Virus record (IMG/VR): IMGVR_UViG_2690316286_000008
Reading direction: 5' to 3' (one strand)
Length of the DNA: 25,738 bases
Origin: a virus
Lineage: Duplodnaviria > Heunggongvirae > Uroviricota > Caudoviricetes
Numbering within the stretch: the first letter of the stretch is position 1; each line of letters opens with the position of its first letter. Made by a program: the position numbers and the translations under genes. Positions 15,063-22,823 of the stretch are shown piece after piece. The notes beneath the pieces were generated by a model. It saw nothing but the letters and a program-made list of their open reading frames with translations, was not told the origin of the DNA and searched no databases.

Positions 15063-17817
15063 TTCCACTGGTCAGGCCACCCCGCAGCAGGTCTGCTTTG
15101 CGGCGGGCGCGTTCAGTGGTTTCACTGATTCTCTGTGCGTGCTCTGCGTCGCGGATGGCGCGCAGCATGTCAGAAAGCACGGTAACGGGTGTTTTCATGG
15201 TGTTCTGGTCCTGCTGAAGTGTGGATGCCAGGCGTGCGGCGGCTTCAGGGTCTGATGCCCCCAGCTGTGTCAGATAGCTGGCGACCGGGTTATGGCGGAT
15301 CTCCGTGCTGCTTACGCCATGATTACGGCTCAGGCGCTGCCAGAGCTGCGTGATTCGGCTGTCCGGGCGGGTATCCGGTTTGCGTACAATTTCAAATCCC
15401 TGCGGTGCAATGATGCTGCCGTCAACGTACAGACTGCCGCCCCGTAACAGGTGCTGCATCTGTTGTTCACCGATATGCAGGCCGAGAGATTCAGCAGACT
15501 CCCGCCATTCTTTAGCGAGTAATTCGTGGTTATCAGGCAAAGGCCGCTGCTGTTTGCGGCTCTGTGTCCAGCTCTGCATTTCATCACTGCTGTTTTTTGC
15601 CTGTTTGTCACGAAGCGAACGCATCAGCGCCCGGCGTTCGTGCCGTTTCAGTGAGCGCATCCATTCATCCACATCAACGCCGTCAGGGAGCTGCGGCCAC
15701 GGTGCTGGCCGTTCTTCCGGCTGTTCTGTCCCGTTGTTGTCCGTTTCCTGTACACGGGGACAGTTATTGCCACGAGTCCAAGGGGCGGCAGGGCCGCCCT
15801 GAAGGTCAAAACCATTTTCGCGGGCGCTGTCTTCCGCTTCCGGTTTGCGTCTTACCAGCTTCCAGTTATCCGGATGCGTGCACACACGGGAGGATTCCCC
15901 GATGAGTGGTGACCAGATCCCGTAAATCTGTACGCTCTGTTCGCCGTAATCGTTCAGCTCATCGGCGAGGTCGTAGGCGGTGCGAATCAGGTAGTCTTTG
16001 CGTGGAACAAGTACGCCGCCCTGTTTCTCTATGTAGGTGGCAAAACATCCGGCATCAGCGGCGGCAAGAACCGCATCCATTGCGTCATCCTTCAGCCGTT
16101 GCGGGCCTTCCGGGTTGCGTGCCATCTGGCTGGCAAGGCGGCGCAGTTCACGCCATACCTGGCGGGAGGGGATGCCAAAGAACTGGAACTGGCGGACCCG
16201 GTGAAGGCGCGCCCAGCCGATGGCGCGTTCCACGCTCTCGGCCATTGATTTTCCGGTTTCGTGGTCAACGCGTGGCTTGCCCGTTTTCGGGTCGATGCCA
16301 TCCACGGCGCGGCTGTCCAGGTTTTTCCCGATGTAGGTGGCGATGTAGCTGGTTGGCGTGCCTTTTGAGCCGTCTACATACTCCGCCTTAAAGCGCGGAG
16401 TTATGTCATCGCCCAGCTCGTGACGATCTTCCTGAATGGCAATATCGCGGGTGTGGGACACAATGGTGTCGATTTCTTCCGGATGAGCAAAGACCATCAT
16501 ATGCCAGTGCACGGTGCCGTCATGGTGAGGCTCCGCCGTGCGGATGCCATACCAGCGCAGGCCGTCGCGGTTCAGTTTTTTGCGGACCGTCGCAAAAAAC
16601 GTGTTAACCAGGTAATCGCTGGAGTCGCGCATTGTGGCCCCGTTCCATTTGGGATTCGGATGACCGTTCTCCGTTGTGGCGTGGTATTTTGACGGGCAGG
16701 TGACAGTCAGAAACACCGCTTTGTCGCCACGGGCTTCGGCCAGAAGTTCCAGCCCCTTCATGGTGGCCATCATTTCTGCCTTACGGTGAACCGGGTTACT
16801 TACTCCCGCGTAATACACCGTCTCGAGATCAATCGTGAACCCGTCTTCATTTTCCAGCATGAAACTTTTCAGGAAATCGCGTGTTTTCTCGCGCTGTGCG
16901 CGAAACTCGCTTAACGCGTCCTGGCTCAGATAGGGCGATGTTTTTCTGGAAACCAGACAGGCGGCGCGAAGTTGTTCTTCTCTCCACTCGCAACGTAACA
17001 GCCACAGTTTGCGTTTCCACCATTCCGCACAGGTCAGGCGAAGGATTGCGCCCGGCAGCAGTTCTGTGTCCGGTTCGTGCCTCCGGTCTTTGTCTGTTGT
17101 CAGTGCGTCATAATGCGGAGGCATGGCGTGTAAGTGTAACGCCATGCGGGCCAGCATCTGATACGCCTTCAGCGTTACATCCATGGTCAGCTCGCCATCA
17201 GTCGCGCCAAAACCATCGCAGAGTTTTTCGAAGGTGCTGCTGAACATCGCCGCCGTCATGGTGGCCAGCGTCTGTATCTGGTGTTTGTTGAGTTGCGGCA
17301 GGTAAAGCAAATCGTCCAGGCGTTCACGTCCGGCAAGGGAGCGATAACCCGGTGTCAGCCAGTGTCCGTCAGTGCGATCCAGACGTTCGAATATTTTGCG
17401 CAGGGTTCCGCGTGCATAGCGTTCCGCCTGCCAGCTCTTTTTGCCTTTCCGGCGATCGGCTTCCTGTTTTTTGCGCAGGAAGGAGAGGTGGCGAATAAGC
17501 GGATCGCGCAGATAGGACGGCAGCAGGCGCAGCGAGGCCATGGCTTCATCCACCGCGCCGCGTGCCTGTTTTCTGGCGTCTCCTGCCAGTGTGATGGTTT
17601 TGTCCTGTTTTTCCTGTGCGTCCAGGCTTTTATTAATCAGGTTGCCCAGTGGCGTGGCGGAGAACGCCGCATCAGCCATTTCCTGGCGGCGCTCGTTCTC
17701 TGCCCGGTGGGCATCCAGCCAGGAGGAAAGCGCGGATTCAGGAGCGGGGATCCCCGTTCCTTCACGCCCCACTGCGTGGCGCGGTTGTTGCCAGTCCCTG
17801 ATGTACTCTGCCGTCAT
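14995..17817 (-). CDS. A: Replication initiation protein gpA (rolling-circle endonuclease) with C-terminal extension
   Basis: 940-aa ORF; HUH-like motif HDGTVHWHMMVFA and paired tyrosines SYIATYIGKN typical of P2 A family; N-terminus resembles P2 A. Confidence 0.88.
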   Translation of the reverse strand: MTAEYIRDWQQPRHAVGREGTGIPAPESALSSWLDAHRAENERRQEMADAAFSATPLGNLINKSLDAQEKQDKTITLAGDARKQARGAVDEAMASLRLLPSYLRDPLIRHLSFLRKKQEADRRKGKKSWQAERYARGTLRKIFERLDRTDGHWLTPGYRSLAGRERLDDLLYLPQLNKHQIQTLATMTAAMFSSTFEKLCDGFGATDGELTMDVTLKAYQMLARMALHLHAMPPHYDALTTDKDRRHEPDTELLPGAILRLTCAEWWKRKLWLLRCEWREEQLRAACLVSRKTSPYLSQDALSEFRAQREKTRDFLKSFMLENEDGFTIDLETVYYAGVSNPVHRKAEMMATMKGLELLAEARGDKAVFLTVTCPSKYHATTENGHPNPKWNGATMRDSSDYLVNTFFATVRKKLNRDGLRWYGIRTAEPHHDGTVHWHMMVFAHPEEIDTIVSHTRDIAIQEDRHELGDDITPRFKAEYVDGSKGTPTSYIATYIGKNLDSRAVDGIDPKTGKPRVDHETGKSMAESVERAIGWARLHRVRQFQFFGIPSRQVWRELRRLASQMARNPEGPQRLKDDAMDAVLAAADAGCFATYIEKQGGVLVPRKDYLIRTAYDLADELNDYGEQSVQIYGIWSPLIGESSRVCTHPDNWKLVRRKPEAEDSARENGFDLQGGPAAPWTRGNNCPRVQETDNNGTEQPEERPAPWPQLPDGVDVDEWMRSLKRHERRALMRSLRDKQAKNSSDEMQSWTQSRKQQRPLPDNHELLAKEWRESAESLGLHIGEQQMQHLLRGGSLYVDGSIIAPQGFEIVRKPDTRPDSRITQLWQRLSRNHGVSSTEIRHNPVASYLTQLGASDPEAAARLASTLQQDQNTMKTPVTVLSDMLRAIRDAEHAQRISETTERARRKADLLRGGLTSGNKKQTETGLTNPVNEQKTRSDI

Positions 17818-17823
17818 AGTGAT

Positions 17824-18189
17824 TTACTTCGTCATGCCATTCAGGGTGTCGCGGCAGACTGTAGCCAGCCGCTGAATTTCCAGCACGGTGTCTTCTGTGT
17901 CGGCATGGCGATGTGTGATGCGGATGCTGTCGGCAATCACATCGACGATTGCAGAGGATGGGCGCTGGTAAATGCCAATAACGGACGGGGTGCCACCTTC
18001 AATGCGGTAAAGCCTGTAATTTCCCTCGTGGCTGTCAATCATGTAGCGACCATCAATAACAATCTTTCCGTCAGCGAGCTGCGGTACAGGCAGGGATTTC
18101 AGGTACATGTCATAACGATCACGCACGCGAGCGGCAAGATCACGCTCTGTGTTGAGCAGGTATTCAAGAAAGTCGTTGGCGAGAATCAT
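17824..18189 (-). CDS. Hypothetical early-operon protein (121 aa)
   Basis: ATG 18189 with AAGAGGA RBS; stop 6 nt before A start. Confidence 0.6.
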   Translation of the reverse strand: MILANDFLEYLLNTERDLAARVRDRYDMYLKSLPVPQLADGKIVIDGRYMIDSHEGNYRLYRIEGGTPSVIGIYQRPSSAIVDVIADSIRITHRHADTEDTVLEIQRLATVCRDTLNGMTK

Positions 18190-18330
18190 TGCGGCAATCC
18201 TCTTGTTACAGATGTGCGAAGGCCTCCCGCCGCAAGGTGCAGGAAAGGCCCGGAACAGGAATTAATGGAGTTTGTTTTGCTGCCGGATGAGCTGCTGAAG
18301 CCCGACGTGGTTTCCGGCAGTTGGAGGTGC

Positions 18331-18576
18331 TCATGCTCTGATTTCCCTCAGTAGCTGGTTGAACATCTGGGTTAGTGGGTTGCTACACCCAAACGGCATC
18401 AGGTTTACCTGATAAGAAAAGCGACCGCCTGTTTTGCGCTCTTTTCTTGTGACTAAACCGCTGCGCCAGAGACGGCGTAGCTCCGCATTAATGGTTGTGG
18501 TTGGTGTATTCAGTGCTGCGGCGATTTCTCCACTGCTACAACCCGGATTGGCAGCGATGTAGTCCAGAATGGTCAT
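18331..18576 (-). CDS. Small putative winged-helix DNA-binding protein (81 aa)
   Basis: ORF in early operon; LRRLWRSGLVTRKERKTGGRFSY resembles a winged-helix recognition helix plus wing. Confidence 0.5.
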   Translation of the reverse strand: MTILDYIAANPGCSSGEIAAALNTPTTTINAELRRLWRSGLVTRKERKTGGRFSYQVNLMPFGCSNPLTQMFNQLLREIRA

Positions 18577-18776
18577 CTGCGTGACTCCTGTACCTGTCTG
18601 ATAAGATTCACCTGCACCACGTTGGTGGCGCAGAAGTAAGTGCCGTCAGTGAGATAGATATGATGTGCATCCTTTTCTGAACGGTGTTTGTCGATTGTGG
18701 TAATCAGGCGTTCGTCAACTTCGTATTCACGTCCTCTGGAGGTGAAACGAACGACAGGAAAATGCTTAATTGCCAT
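18573..18776 (-). CDS. Hypothetical small protein (67 aa)
   Basis: ORF 18573..18827 trimmed to ATG 18776 preceded by strong AAGGAGG RBS. Confidence 0.5.
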   Translation of the reverse strand: MAIKHFPVVRFTSRGREYEVDERLITTIDKHRSEKDAHHIYLTDGTYFCATNVVQVNLIRQVQESRR

Positions 18777-18862
18777 TACGCCTCCTTGGCGTGTGCGAAT
18801 ACCTCCGCGAATGCGGATTGTTTTCACATTTTCTTATTTAACCTAGGGTCTTATTTGCGCGG

Positions 18863-18976
18863 TTATTCTTCAGTGAAAAAGCGTTCAATCTTTTTTACTG
18901 AATTAATAATTCGCATAATCCCAATGGCGCAGACCACCGAAATAATCAGAACAAGCCATGAAATAAATATACTCAT
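18863..18976 (-). CDS. Candidate 37-aa hydrophobic membrane peptide (MSIFISWLVLIISVVCAIGIMRIINSVKKIERFFTEE)
   Basis: Manually translated; ATG overlaps stop of upstream gene (ATGA); single predicted TM helix; below ORF-track size cutoff. Confidence 0.3.
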   Translation of the reverse strand: MSIFISWLVLIISVVCAIGIMRIINSVKKIERFFTEE

Positions 18977-19215
18977 GCGATATTTCCCAGCTTATACGGT
19001 TCAATATGTTCCCCGCATTCTGCGGCACAGATCAGCTCGGAAAGTTCGTTAAGTGCATCCAGATCATCAGCGTAAAAAGCCACGTCATACAGACTTCGGA
19101 TTGCTCTGGTCAATGAGTCACGGGCCGCACGTTCAGCATGAGCGCCTGATGCACTTAAGCGAAAATAAAAACGCTCAAGTGCTTTGTTAATGAGAGTTTT
19201 ATATTCTTTGCCCAT
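18973..19215 (-). CDS. Hypothetical small early protein (80 aa)
   Basis: ORF with ATG at 19215, AAAGGG RBS; early-operon position. Confidence 0.5.
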   Translation of the reverse strand: MGKEYKTLINKALERFYFRLSASGAHAERAARDSLTRAIRSLYDVAFYADDLDALNELSELICAAECGEHIEPYKLGNIA

Positions 19216-19226
19216 CACAACGCCCT

Positions 19227-19514
19227 TTAATCTGCTTTCTGTATTTCAGCTTCTGAATCCATACAAATAATTTCGATATAGGGTTCATCGCCATTAACCT
19301 GGCGTGCCTTTTCATCTTCGCTGATGATTTCTCGTACGGTCTGGTACGGAAGTTCCACAAGCAGTCGCGTGCCGTTCAGATAAACGTAAGTGGCTTCGTC
19401 GGCTCCGTTTTTACCCGCCGGAGTCACTCCGTCAATAGCGGATGCACGTAATAACAGTTCACCGCGAAAATCAATAAAACGGATAAATACACCTTGTGCA
19501 TTGTCTTTGGTCAT
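19227..19514 (-). CDS. Hypothetical early protein (95 aa)
   Basis: ORF 19227..19628 trimmed to ATG 19514 with AGGTG RBS 5 nt upstream, 10 nt after stop of preceding gene. Confidence 0.5.
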   Translation of the reverse strand: MTKDNAQGVFIRFIDFRGELLLRASAIDGVTPAGKNGADEATYVYLNGTRLLVELPYQTVREIISEDEKARQVNGDEPYIEIICMDSEAEIQKAD

Positions 19515-19524
19515 AAAGCACCTG

Positions 19525-19863
19525 TTATAAATCAGCCTGTTTAATAAAACTTTGCCCGCGAAGCAGACGATCAACCGTGCGAAGTGCTTCGTATAATGTG
19601 AAATCCTGCCCGAACTGATTGTCGCCACAGCTCAGTGCAAAAATGCGGTTTCCGGTAAACGGATTGCGTGGGCATTTGTGGATCACGATTCCAGCTTTCT
19701 CAATCAGCCAGGCGTGCTCGCCGATTTGTTTTACTGGGTAGCCATCCGGCGTTGCGTGTGTATCACTCAGGCTGTAGCGGATGTTGCTGCGTGATGCACT
19801 GGTAGTGAAACGGTTAGCGTGGCGTTCTGTTCCGGTACAAAAATTACGGCGTTGCTTCAGCAT
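19525..19863 (-). CDS. Hypothetical early protein (112 aa)
   Basis: ATG 19863 with GAGGTG RBS; immediately downstream of cox-like gene. Confidence 0.5.
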   Translation of the reverse strand: MLKQRRNFCTGTERHANRFTTSASRSNIRYSLSDTHATPDGYPVKQIGEHAWLIEKAGIVIHKCPRNPFTGNRIFALSCGDNQFGQDFTLYEALRTVDRLLRGQSFIKQADL

Positions 19864-19877
19864 AAAATGACACCTCG

Positions 19878-20156
19878 TTATTTTGTCATCTGCACGTATT
19901 TCTCTGCGTTTCTGATGGTTTTCAGGAAAATTGCGAAGAGATTTACTTTGCGTTTTGTGTTTCTTCCTTCTTGAGTAACGGGAATTACCGATCTATCAGC
20001 CTGCCTTCTTACAGCGAGAATGCTTTGATTTGTGCGTTTCGCATAATCCTCTAGGCTTTCTTCAAGTACCGGTAGCCCATGTTCATTACGGTATGGGTAG
20101 AACGCCGCCAAACGCTCAAAATCCGCTTGTTCGTATGTGTTAAGGACTTTTGCCAT
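19878..20156 (-). CDS. cox: Cox/Apl-like small excisionase-regulator (92 aa), first gene of early operon
   Basis: Size and position (divergent from C repressor) equal P2 cox / 186 apl; sequence similarity not confirmed by eye. Confidence 0.55.
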   Translation of the reverse strand: MAKVLNTYEQADFERLAAFYPYRNEHGLPVLEESLEDYAKRTNQSILAVRRQADRSVIPVTQEGRNTKRKVNLFAIFLKTIRNAEKYVQMTK

Positions 20157-20251
20157 GGTGTGATAACCTATTCAATCTGGTGCTATTTGTGGCTCTTTGT
20201 AGCGTCAAGTGGCACTCAACTGATAACCAATATAGTATTCAGGTGCACACC
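20157..20251. promoter_or_regulatory. Immunity switch region (face-to-face early and repressor promoters, operator repeats)
   Basis: Between divergent cox and C; direct repeats TTTGTGGC / TTTGTAGC 10 bp apart (about 20187-20204) and TGATAACC twice (20161-20168, 20221-20228); TATAGT -10-like box at 20231-20236. Confidence 0.5.
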
Positions 20252-20563
20252 ATGTCAATAGAGATATCAAAGAAGCTAAAAGCAATTCGAGAATCTGAGG
20301 GGCTTAGTCAGGCAAAGTTCGCGGATTCAATAGGTATTGCGGTTGGTACGGTTAAGCAATACGAGACTGGTATTCGAGGTGTGGGAACGGAGGTTTTACT
20401 GAAAATCACAATGCACCCGGAATTTAAAAAATACACTACGTGGTTGATGAGTAACGAAACAAATGAGGCTGCTGGGCAGATCAGTCCTTCTCTCTCCCCT
20501 GATGGGCCAGAAAACACATCGTCTTCTCAAAAATCCCGCAAGACTGGCACACAGCCCGGCTAA
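20252..20563 (+). CDS. C: Immunity repressor C (HTH, P2 C-like), 103 aa
   Basis: ORF 20150..20563 trimmed to ATG 20252 (AGGTG RBS); helix-turn-helix block LSQAKFADSIGIAVGTVKQYETG; C-terminal ...FKKYTTWLMSNE... resembles P2 C. Confidence 0.8.
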   Translation: MSIEISKKLKAIRESEGLSQAKFADSIGIAVGTVKQYETGIRGVGTEVLLKITMHPEFKKYTTWLMSNETNEAAGQISPSLSPDGPENTSSSQKSRKTGTQPG

Positions 20564-20612
20564 TCATGGAACGCTGGGGGCATGGTGGTCTTGTAACGCT
20601 GGGGCTTCACGA

Positions 20613-21590
20613 ATGAGCATAAAATCAATTCCGGGAGGGTATCTTCTTGACATGCGTCCTGAGGGGCGTAAAGGCAAACGCATTCGCAAAAAATTTAAAA
20701 CGAAATCGGATGCAGTTTTATATGAGCGGTGGGTGCTGGCGCAACAGCATAACAATGAGTGGAAAGGAAACTCCATTGATCGCCGTCCGCTGTCAGTGCT
20801 TATTGACTTGTGGTGGAAATACCACGGCCAGCTAATGAAGTCAGGGCATAACACGCGCCTTAAATTGCTGCGCTTGAGTGAGGCAATGGATGACCCGTGC
20901 GTGCATAAACTTAATACAACGATGCTCACCGAGCTACGTGTGTCCAGGATAGAGCAGGGGATACAGCCCAGCACCATAAATCGAGAGATTGGGGCGTTAA
21001 GCGCGATGTTTACCGCACTCATCTCATCCGGCCATTTTCTTAACGATAACCCCGTTCAAGGCCTTAAAGGAATGAAGGTTAACGAGCGTGAAATGGGATA
21101 TCTGAGTAAGTCTGAATGTGTTCAGTTGCTGGATGCACTGGCTGAAAATCCCGATGAACGGCTGGCCGTCGAAATCCTTCTGTCGACCGGGGCGCGATGG
21201 GGCGAGGTAGCGGCACTGGAGCAGCGCCGTGTTCTTCATTGTCGAATCACTTTTTCAAAAACGAAGAACAGCAAAAACCGTACCGTTCCTATTTCTGAAA
21301 GCCTGTTTGAAAAGATCAAAAAACGGGGCGGGAAACTGGTGTTTCCGACGCTGGATTATTCATTGGTTCGCGATGTCATCAAAACGGTCGCACCTGATGT
21401 TCCTGACGGCCAGGCTGTTCATGCGCTGCGCCACACCTTCGCCAGTCATTTCATGATGAACGGCGGCAATATTCTGACGCTCCAGAAAATTCTGGGGCAC
21501 GCAAAGATTCAGACAACGATGATTTATGCCCATCTTGCGCCGGATTACTTGCAGGATGCGGTGAGGTTTAATCCCTTGGGAGGAATGTAA
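20613..21590 (+). CDS. int: Tyrosine integrase, P2 Int family (325 aa)
   Basis: ORF 20463..21590 trimmed to ATG 20613 (MSIKSIPGGYLLDMRPEGRKGKRIRKKF... parallels P2 Int N-terminus); catalytic motifs LSTGARWGEV, HALRHTFASHF, MIYAHLAPDYLQDA. Confidence 0.9.
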   Translation: MSIKSIPGGYLLDMRPEGRKGKRIRKKFKTKSDAVLYERWVLAQQHNNEWKGNSIDRRPLSVLIDLWWKYHGQLMKSGHNTRLKLLRLSEAMDDPCVHKLNTTMLTELRVSRIEQGIQPSTINREIGALSAMFTALISSGHFLNDNPVQGLKGMKVNEREMGYLSKSECVQLLDALAENPDERLAVEILLSTGARWGEVAALEQRRVLHCRITFSKTKNSKNRTVPISESLFEKIKKRGGKLVFPTLDYSLVRDVIKTVAPDVPDGQAVHALRHTFASHFMMNGGNILTLQKILGHAKIQTTMIYAHLAPDYLQDAVRFNPLGGM

Positions 21591-21592
21591 CT

Positions 21593-22093
21593 ATGGAAAT
21601 AAAAAAACCTACAAAAAAAGAGTTATATGACTATTTACTATCGAAATATATAGAAGATAAATGCAAAGAAGAAGCTGATGAAATCAATAAGAAGTCGATG
21701 AGTCGTGTCAAAAAACATAAAGAGCGGCTGATGGAGATTACGCCAGAAATCTTCTTCCGTTTCTTGTCTGAGAAGGGGGTCTCCAGTGTCTGCCCTTCAT
21801 GTGGATCGTCGCGATTATCTGTTCCAGAAAGTATGGATCTTTGCTGGGATAAAAATAAGAAACCAGAAAATTTTAACAATCTACCCCTGGAGGAACAGAG
21901 TGAGTTAATTAAAGAGAACATAAAGCATTATGTATCTTATGCTTTTTTGGGTGATGTTAAGAGCATACCTGATATGCGCAAAACTTATTACACGCTGCAT
22001 TGCCTGAATTGTGGTTACCTGAGCCTTTATCGTACGTCTGCGGTGCTGAAGTGGTTGGAGAAAGACAAAGCGCAGGATGGTGATAATGGGTAA
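21593..22093 (+). CDS. AT-rich zinc-ribbon protein (166 aa), unknown function
   Basis: ATG 2 nt after int stop, GGGAGGAA RBS inside int 3' end; CPSCG...CLNCG motifs; Lys/Glu-rich N-terminus; low G+C relative to flanks. Confidence 0.6.
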   Translation: MEIKKPTKKELYDYLLSKYIEDKCKEEADEINKKSMSRVKKHKERLMEITPEIFFRFLSEKGVSSVCPSCGSSRLSVPESMDLCWDKNKKPENFNNLPLEEQSELIKENIKHYVSYAFLGDVKSIPDMRKTYYTLHCLNCGYLSLYRTSAVLKWLEKDKAQDGDNG

Positions 22094-22631
22094 TGTAGCA
22101 AGAAATCTTTTCGGTAATTCAGCAGGTAGTGTGTCGCATTCTGAGCGTGATGTGCTTTATCATGGTGGCGATGGCGGCAGTAGTGGAGGCGGAATGTCAG
22201 ATAAACTTGAAAGGCGAATTGAGCGGCTCGAAGGTGATTTATCGCTAACAAGAAACGACCTTGCGACGCTTGCTGAACGCACTACAAACCTCTCAACTAA
22301 AGCCGATGTTGGTGAGGTGAAAGGTGAACTCAAAGCAGACATAGCACATCTGAAAGGTGATCTTGAATGCGATATTGCGAATCTGAAAGGTGAGCTTAAA
22401 TCTGATACAGCTAACCTGAAAGAGCAGCTCAAATCAGACATTAACAGCCTGAAGGGTGAGCTTACCGAAGCGATGGATAAACGCTTTGACAAGATTATGG
22501 ATGAGATGAATCGGCGGTTTGACAAGGTTGATGATAATACGAAGTGGCGTTGGAGTGGCATTATTGTGCCAGTGTGCACAACCATTTTCACAGCGGCGGT
22601 TGCTGTATTTGTTGCTAAATTTGTTGGCTGA
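22077..22631 (+). CDS. Coiled-coil protein with C-terminal transmembrane anchor (184 aa from first ATG; 145 aa if start is ATG 22194 with GGAGG RBS)
   Basis: Repeated LKGELK/LKGDLE heptad-like units then hydrophobic tail WSGIIVPVCTTIFTAAVAVFVAKFVG; overlaps upstream gene stop; architecture resembles DUF1640/XhlA-like tail-anchored proteins. Confidence 0.6.
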   Translation: MVIMGNVARNLFGNSAGSVSHSERDVLYHGGDGGSSGGGMSDKLERRIERLEGDLSLTRNDLATLAERTTNLSTKADVGEVKGELKADIAHLKGDLECDIANLKGELKSDTANLKEQLKSDINSLKGELTEAMDKRFDKIMDEMNRRFDKVDDNTKWRWSGIIVPVCTTIFTAAVAVFVAKFVG

Positions 22632-22740
22632 TGATCCACAAATTGACCACATCTCTGTTATTTGTTGTGGTTGGCTGTGTTTTTGTGTGTCTGTAAGTCT
22701 TTGATAATTACCTAACTTATTGATTTTTGTTTGTGTTTAT

Positions 22741-22767
22741 GGCCGCTCTGCGGCCTTTTTTCTTTTC
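22741..22767 (+). terminator. Rho-independent terminator-like hairpin upstream of btuC
   Basis: GGCCGC-tct-GCGGCC stem followed by TTTTTTCTTTT. Confidence 0.55.
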
Positions 22768-22823
22768 ACTGTCGAAGAGTCACCGTAAAATCAACGCCAT
22801 GACACTTCAGCAGAACGGATACC

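Larger units (their letters stand above)
1..22700. mobile_element. Integrated P2-like prophage (one arm; extends beyond window start); right boundary approximate, somewhere between integrase end and btuC
   Basis: Contiguous P2 gene order H-I-J-W-V-S-R-lysis-X-L-M-N-O / P-Q / cos / A / early genes / cox / C / int recognised from translated ORFs; host btu genes follow. Confidence 0.85.

Noticed and set aside
15350-16391. Several plus-strand ORFs (150, 113 and 161 aa) inside gene A
   Set aside because: All antisense to gpA, Cys/Arg-rich and low complexity; shadow ORFs.
18206-18334. 42-aa basic ORF in the gap between the winged-helix gene and the 121-aa gene
   Set aside because: Arg/Ala/Pro-rich low-complexity translation with no RBS; more likely a non-coding intergenic region. 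Kept only as a note.
17281-18354. 357-aa plus-strand ORF overlapping gene A start and the 121-aa early gene
   Set aside because: Antisense to a syntenic, motif-bearing phage operon; no RBS context; interpreted as a shadow ORF.
21591-22823. tRNA or tmRNA gene as integration target next to integrase
   Set aside because: I could not pick out a tRNA-like structure by eye in this interval; P2-type integrases commonly use non-tRNA sites. A tRNA scan would be needed to exclude it formally.
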